DNA from: Candidatus Poribacteria bacterium
Lineage (GTDB): Bacteria; Poribacteria; WGA-4E; WGA-3G
DNA length: 64,000 nucleotides
NCBI GenBank assembly: GCA_965215265.1
Contig: OZ244048.1
Span: 2,048,001 to 2,112,000 of the forward strand
Direction of reading: 5' to 3'
Shown here: piece by piece, positions 59,998-64,000 of the stretch
How positions within the stretch are numbered: the stretch's first letter is position 1
How the letters are laid out: every line of letters starts with the position of its first letter
The notes under the pieces: model-generated
Databases searched by the model: none
Told to the model about the DNA's origin: nothing
What the model saw: the letters and a program-made list of their open reading frames with translations, nothing else
Position numbers and translations under genes: made by a program

Positions 59998-62007
59998 ATG
60001 GTAACTTATGAACGATGGAATCAAGCCATCATCTCCCACTTTTTTGAAGATTGCGAGCCTGGAGAAATCGTTTTTCTGCAAACGAATGCTGAAACGCTTA
60101 CTGATATCGCCAAGCAATTTGATTTCAACGTAGAGAGTGCTGAAGAGAGTTTGAAAGAAGCCGTTAGGCTTAAAGTGGTTACTGATAATCGAGTCAACCT
60201 CTTACCCATTAATCCTCCAGATCTAGATACTTTATGGGCGGATTTGGCAGCAGAAGAACCCTCCCAAGTTGCTTTTCTCGCACTTACCGTACTTGCCGCA
60301 AGTTTGATGGAAACTTCTAAAGGAGTCTCTCATACCAATTACTACGTTCATCTAAATTATCTACTTTTTGATAAATCTTCTAAAGGCAAGCCAAAAGGGA
60401 TTGAATTGTGGCAAATCAAGACATTTTGGAAGCATCTTCAGAGTTGGGCGAGAAATAAGTATAATGTTGAACTCTATTTGACTACTGCAGGTTCATCAAA
60501 TCGCAGATACGTTTGGTATCCGATTTCGCAATGCCTAATCAGTAAACATAATCGACACAACATTTATCACTTTTTCCGTGATTACAACCTAACACCATTT
60601 TCAGACATTCCGGAGAATCAACTTGAACAAAACCTTCGGGCTTGGTTAGGATCGTCGGACAAGTCTGTAAAAATTGAACGTTATTTTTTTTCCAATGAAG
60701 CCTACAAGAAGTCAATCCTTAACCAAGTTAAATCCATTTTGGAACGTTGGGATGGTGAAATTCCACCTGAACCGCTTAAGGGCATAAGCCAGACAACTGA
60801 ACGAATAGACGTTGAACTTCGATTTGACCTATTTGACAATGTAGAAATTCGTTATTGGTTCCGAAGACGCTGGAGAGATGAAATAGACTGTGAAACAAAT
60901 CAGTTAGAGGTGAAACGTTTGCTACTTTCTGGCTCAGAAAAGTGGTTTGAGCCAATTATTGATAACGGAGGCATATTTTGGAATTTACGAAAACCCTTGC
61001 AATTGCAAACGGTTGAAACTAACCCAATAATCTACACACTGGGGTACTCTGATATCTGGATTTTCCGAGAAGACCCGGAGCGTGACGATGGCTGGTTATC
61101 CCGTAGAAACTTGCAACTATATGAAGATCATCTGATAGTATTCCGCAAACAAGTTCTCGACTATATAGACCAAACTTGTGAATTAGGAATTGAAACGCTG
61201 AGGGAAACGATAAACAATATCTGGGTCGATGGGAAAGAAAATGGCTGGTGCTGTCTGAAAGTCAAACCTACCAAATCTGTGTCTTTTTCTGACCAAGAAC
61301 TTTGGAGGCTTTCTGTCACTGTCAATTCTAGCAAGCAGATTCGTCTGATTGACGGTCTATCGGTTAAAGACAAGGACGGCCGCAGAGCCTACGTTAATAT
61401 TTGTCTTCCTATGGTTTTTGTTCCGGATCTTGGACTTCCTAGTGAAACCCCATTGCAGATCAACAAGCAGGAGTTACCAATAGGTAAAAATCGATTAGTC
61501 CCTTTAGATAAGATGCTAGATGTGGGAGTGTATCAACTCTCTTATGGAAATAAGACGAAGGAATTACGAATCATAGCCCCTGAACGTTCGTTGCAACATA
61601 AAGACCGAACCCTTATTGCTTCCTTATCCGCAAATCAAACAAGGATACCAAACTATGCTGTAAAGGAAATTGCAGAAATCTCTGCGAAATCCGGTATATG
61701 GTTCGCAGGAGCAAAGTTTTTTGGTACCGACATTCCAGAAGTTACATGGGACGATGTACAGACGGAACCGCAGAGACCAGAAGAAAACAGGAGACTATTG
61801 TTCAAAACTCCAGCAGAATTCATTTCCTCAGTCGTGAAAATAGCGATCGAGCTCAAACATGACCAATCTTCTGCACCGGAATGGCTCAATAAAGCAATTG
61901 AATATCTAGATCAGAACGTTGCAATGCGAGTCCTTGTTAAAAAGAAATTAGGATTGTACAGCAAAACGGCTTTGTCGTATGCTGATCTCCGGAAACTAGG
62001 AGGTTAG
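59998..62007 (+). CDS. Large hypothetical protein, possible Druantia-type defence subunit
   Basis: 669 aa ORF with YERWNQAIISHFF, FLALTVLAAS, NYY, YPISQCLI; AT-richer than flanking genes. Confidence 0.6.
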   Translation: MVTYERWNQAIISHFFEDCEPGEIVFLQTNAETLTDIAKQFDFNVESAEESLKEAVRLKVVTDNRVNLLPINPPDLDTLWADLAAEEPSQVAFLALTVLAASLMETSKGVSHTNYYVHLNYLLFDKSSKGKPKGIELWQIKTFWKHLQSWARNKYNVELYLTTAGSSNRRYVWYPISQCLISKHNRHNIYHFFRDYNLTPFSDIPENQLEQNLRAWLGSSDKSVKIERYFFSNEAYKKSILNQVKSILERWDGEIPPEPLKGISQTTERIDVELRFDLFDNVEIRYWFRRRWRDEIDCETNQLEVKRLLLSGSEKWFEPIIDNGGIFWNLRKPLQLQTVETNPIIYTLGYSDIWIFREDPERDDGWLSRRNLQLYEDHLIVFRKQVLDYIDQTCELGIETLRETINNIWVDGKENGWCCLKVKPTKSVSFSDQELWRLSVTVNSSKQIRLIDGLSVKDKDGRRAYVNICLPMVFVPDLGLPSETPLQINKQELPIGKNRLVPLDKMLDVGVYQLSYGNKTKELRIIAPERSLQHKDRTLIASLSANQTRIPNYAVKEIAEISAKSGIWFAGAKFFGTDIPEVTWDDVQTEPQRPEENRRLLFKTPAEFISSVVKIAIELKHDQSSAPEWLNKAIEYLDQNVAMRVLVKKKLGLYSKTALSYADLRKLGG

Positions 62008-62012
62008 TAATT

Positions 62013-63926
62013 ATGGAACCCAAACCTTATCCAGAAGAGAAGCGGCGAATTTTAATAGAACGGTGTTCATCGGATTTTATTACATTCTTGGAACAGATAA
62101 CAGATAGTAACGGCAAACAGTTCGTACGAGAAAAACTCTCTCCACAAAGGAAAGGATTCCGAAAGGGAAGACGGCCGTTAAAACAGTCAGTCCCAAACTT
62201 GATCACCGAGTTAAGCCGAGAACGAGAATTGACTAATTCTAAATCCACTATTTGGAATAAGTTCAGAGATGCCTGGATTTACTGGATTAAATCTCACAGT
62301 AGACTGCACAACATCTTACTTGAATTCGATAATAGTGCGGATTTTGAAAACGACGAGTGCCTCACACCACCGAATAGCGAACTTGATCTGCAATGCTTCA
62401 AAACCTTGCTCAAAGCAAACTGTAACAACCAGATTGATCAGGAGACAATTCGACGTTTTTACGAGTACGGTTACTTCAACAAAGATGATAAGATTGAAGA
62501 TTTAATTGATAAGGCACTACCACAGGAAGTGATAGAGAACAAGCAACGGCTAGAGGAACTTCCGTGTGAAATTGATCAGTTATCTGACACTGTCACAGAT
62601 CTCAATTCCCGGATTTCTGATATAGAATCTGCAAATCAAGTAGAACCCAAACTTGCCCAGCAAATCGCTGAGACGCGTGAATTTTTTGAGACACAACTTC
62701 AGAATTTTTCTGAACAAATTTCAGTATTGGAAAGGTCTTCTGAGACACAACTTCCCAGAATAGAATCCAACTCTACCCAATTGACGAATCTGTTGAGGAG
62801 GCTTTCCAAGCTTAATAAATCAGTAAAATCATTTGAAACTAAACTACCGTTAGTTAATAGGGCCGAGGTTCAATCTATTGAAACACGGCTGGACGCGATG
62901 GACAAGTTAATCGCTGAAATTCAGGAGATGACAGAAGAGCAGCAGCAAACGACTAGAGTACCACAAATCGCCCATCAAGCCTTAAAAGTAGGGAAACGTT
63001 ATGCCACATTGAGAGACGGAAAAGAGCATTACAGCGATGAAAACGATTATTTCTCCAATTTTAAGGATTATCTCCAAATTTTCAAGGTAACGGATGCTGA
63101 TGAGATAGCAGCAGCTATACACGTTGCCTTGAAAGCCTTTCCAGCACTTGAAATTGCTGATACACGAATTATTAAAGTTTGGCAACTGATATCTGGTAAT
63201 AGCCTCTACATCACGACAATTGGTGTGGAAATGGGTTGGCTCGGATTACAAGATTGGTTCCCGGGTCTGTTTGCTGAAGAGTGCTTTGAAGAAAGACTGG
63301 AACGAGCAGAGCTTGATATCTCAATTCGAAAGATGCTTGAGATTGGCAATATGCCTTGGGCTATTCATTTTAGCAATTGTGACATGTCATTTCCAGAGAG
63401 CTACCTGCCCCGATTCCTTGATTGGATTGGTAAGTTTGGCAAAAGCGGCATCAGAGCGTTTCTCACTCGCTGTTCTGGGACGAATCGCTGTGACCTGAGC
63501 GAGGATATTTACGCTCGGGTCGCACGTTTGCCGAAACCGCACGTTCTAGAACCTATTGCGGCACGCAACTTCCCACCTTCAGAGATTGTCACACGGCTGA
63601 CTGAATGGAGATCTTGGTGTTGTCCGAATTCGGACTCGTTTGCCGACGGATCTCCGGACTTGAGGCAACTCCAGGTCGCAATCGAAGACAGCGGAGTGAA
63701 AATTCCAAGAGAACTTCTGCAGGAAATTAGTCATTACCGACAACTCTCACATAAAATTCTGGCACCCACGAAATCACTCGATTGGGCATTAACTTTACGC
63801 CTCCTACCGTGGATTGGAAATCGCCAAGAGTTAATTGATACAGTACATAACTGGATCCATCACGCAGATTTTGAATTACCTCACTTCCAAGAAGGATTAC
63901 AAAAGGCACGCGAGGCAGACGAATGA
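62013..63926 (+). CDS. Large hypothetical coiled-coil protein, possible Druantia-type defence subunit
   Basis: 637 aa, GGAGG RBS, central coiled coil, C-terminal GWLGLQDW...NCDMSFPESYL region. Confidence 0.6.
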   Translation: MEPKPYPEEKRRILIERCSSDFITFLEQITDSNGKQFVREKLSPQRKGFRKGRRPLKQSVPNLITELSRERELTNSKSTIWNKFRDAWIYWIKSHSRLHNILLEFDNSADFENDECLTPPNSELDLQCFKTLLKANCNNQIDQETIRRFYEYGYFNKDDKIEDLIDKALPQEVIENKQRLEELPCEIDQLSDTVTDLNSRISDIESANQVEPKLAQQIAETREFFETQLQNFSEQISVLERSSETQLPRIESNSTQLTNLLRRLSKLNKSVKSFETKLPLVNRAEVQSIETRLDAMDKLIAEIQEMTEEQQQTTRVPQIAHQALKVGKRYATLRDGKEHYSDENDYFSNFKDYLQIFKVTDADEIAAAIHVALKAFPALEIADTRIIKVWQLISGNSLYITTIGVEMGWLGLQDWFPGLFAEECFEERLERAELDISIRKMLEIGNMPWAIHFSNCDMSFPESYLPRFLDWIGKFGKSGIRAFLTRCSGTNRCDLSEDIYARVARLPKPHVLEPIAARNFPPSEIVTRLTEWRSWCCPNSDSFADGSPDLRQLQVAIEDSGVKIPRELLQEISHYRQLSHKILAPTKSLDWALTLRLLPWIGNRQELIDTVHNWIHHADFELPHFQEGLQKAREADE

Positions 63927-64000
63927 ATAGAACCGAAACAAATATATTTGATCGACTCCTCTATTACCTATCGCATGTGGGCACACTTAGTTGGGAGAAA
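63923..64000 (+). CDS. Partial CDS (third gene of the operon)
   Basis: ATGA overlap with the previous stop; MNRTETNIFDRLLYYLSHVGTLSWEK runs off the window. Confidence 0.6.
   Translation, partial: MNRTETNIFDRLLYYLSHVGTLSWEK

Noticed and set aside
62685-62760. Direct repeat TGAGACACAACTTC twice, 54 bp apart
   Set aside because: Internal coiled-coil repeat (ETQL) within the CDS, not a mobile-element end.

Overview
Bacterial chromosomal window of roughly 48-50% GC by eye. The gene content suggests Candidatus Poribacteria or a related lineage (inference). That content includes Gfo/Idh/MocA oxidoreductases, PhyH dioxygenases, an FGE-sulfatase domain protein, PQQ/BNR propellers, DUF1080 and secreted proteins ending in a VxPxxKLxxxWxxI/LK motif. 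Housekeeping genes are rho-rpmE-prfA-prmC, lepA-lepB-lepB-selB-selC(tRNA-Sec)-lipA, dapB, dapL, argB, ndk and an actinobacterial-type three-gene succinate dehydrogenase. Most notable observations: (1) a two-gene operon pairing a PspA/IM30 (ESCRT-III-like) coiled-coil protein with a tandem AAA+ ATPase; (2) short palindromic in-frame insertions with similar ends in lipA and in a peptidase-TPR gene; (3) a recent ~1.05 kb tandem duplication of lepB whose second copy looks relaxed; (4) a large operon of unknown genes at the right edge that resembles a Druantia-like defence system; (5) a single-chain restriction-modification enzyme; (6) a GHMP kinase-nucleotidyltransferase fusion; (7) a ~170 nt rod-like intergenic RNA candidate. 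All calls come from reading motifs by eye; no database searches were run.
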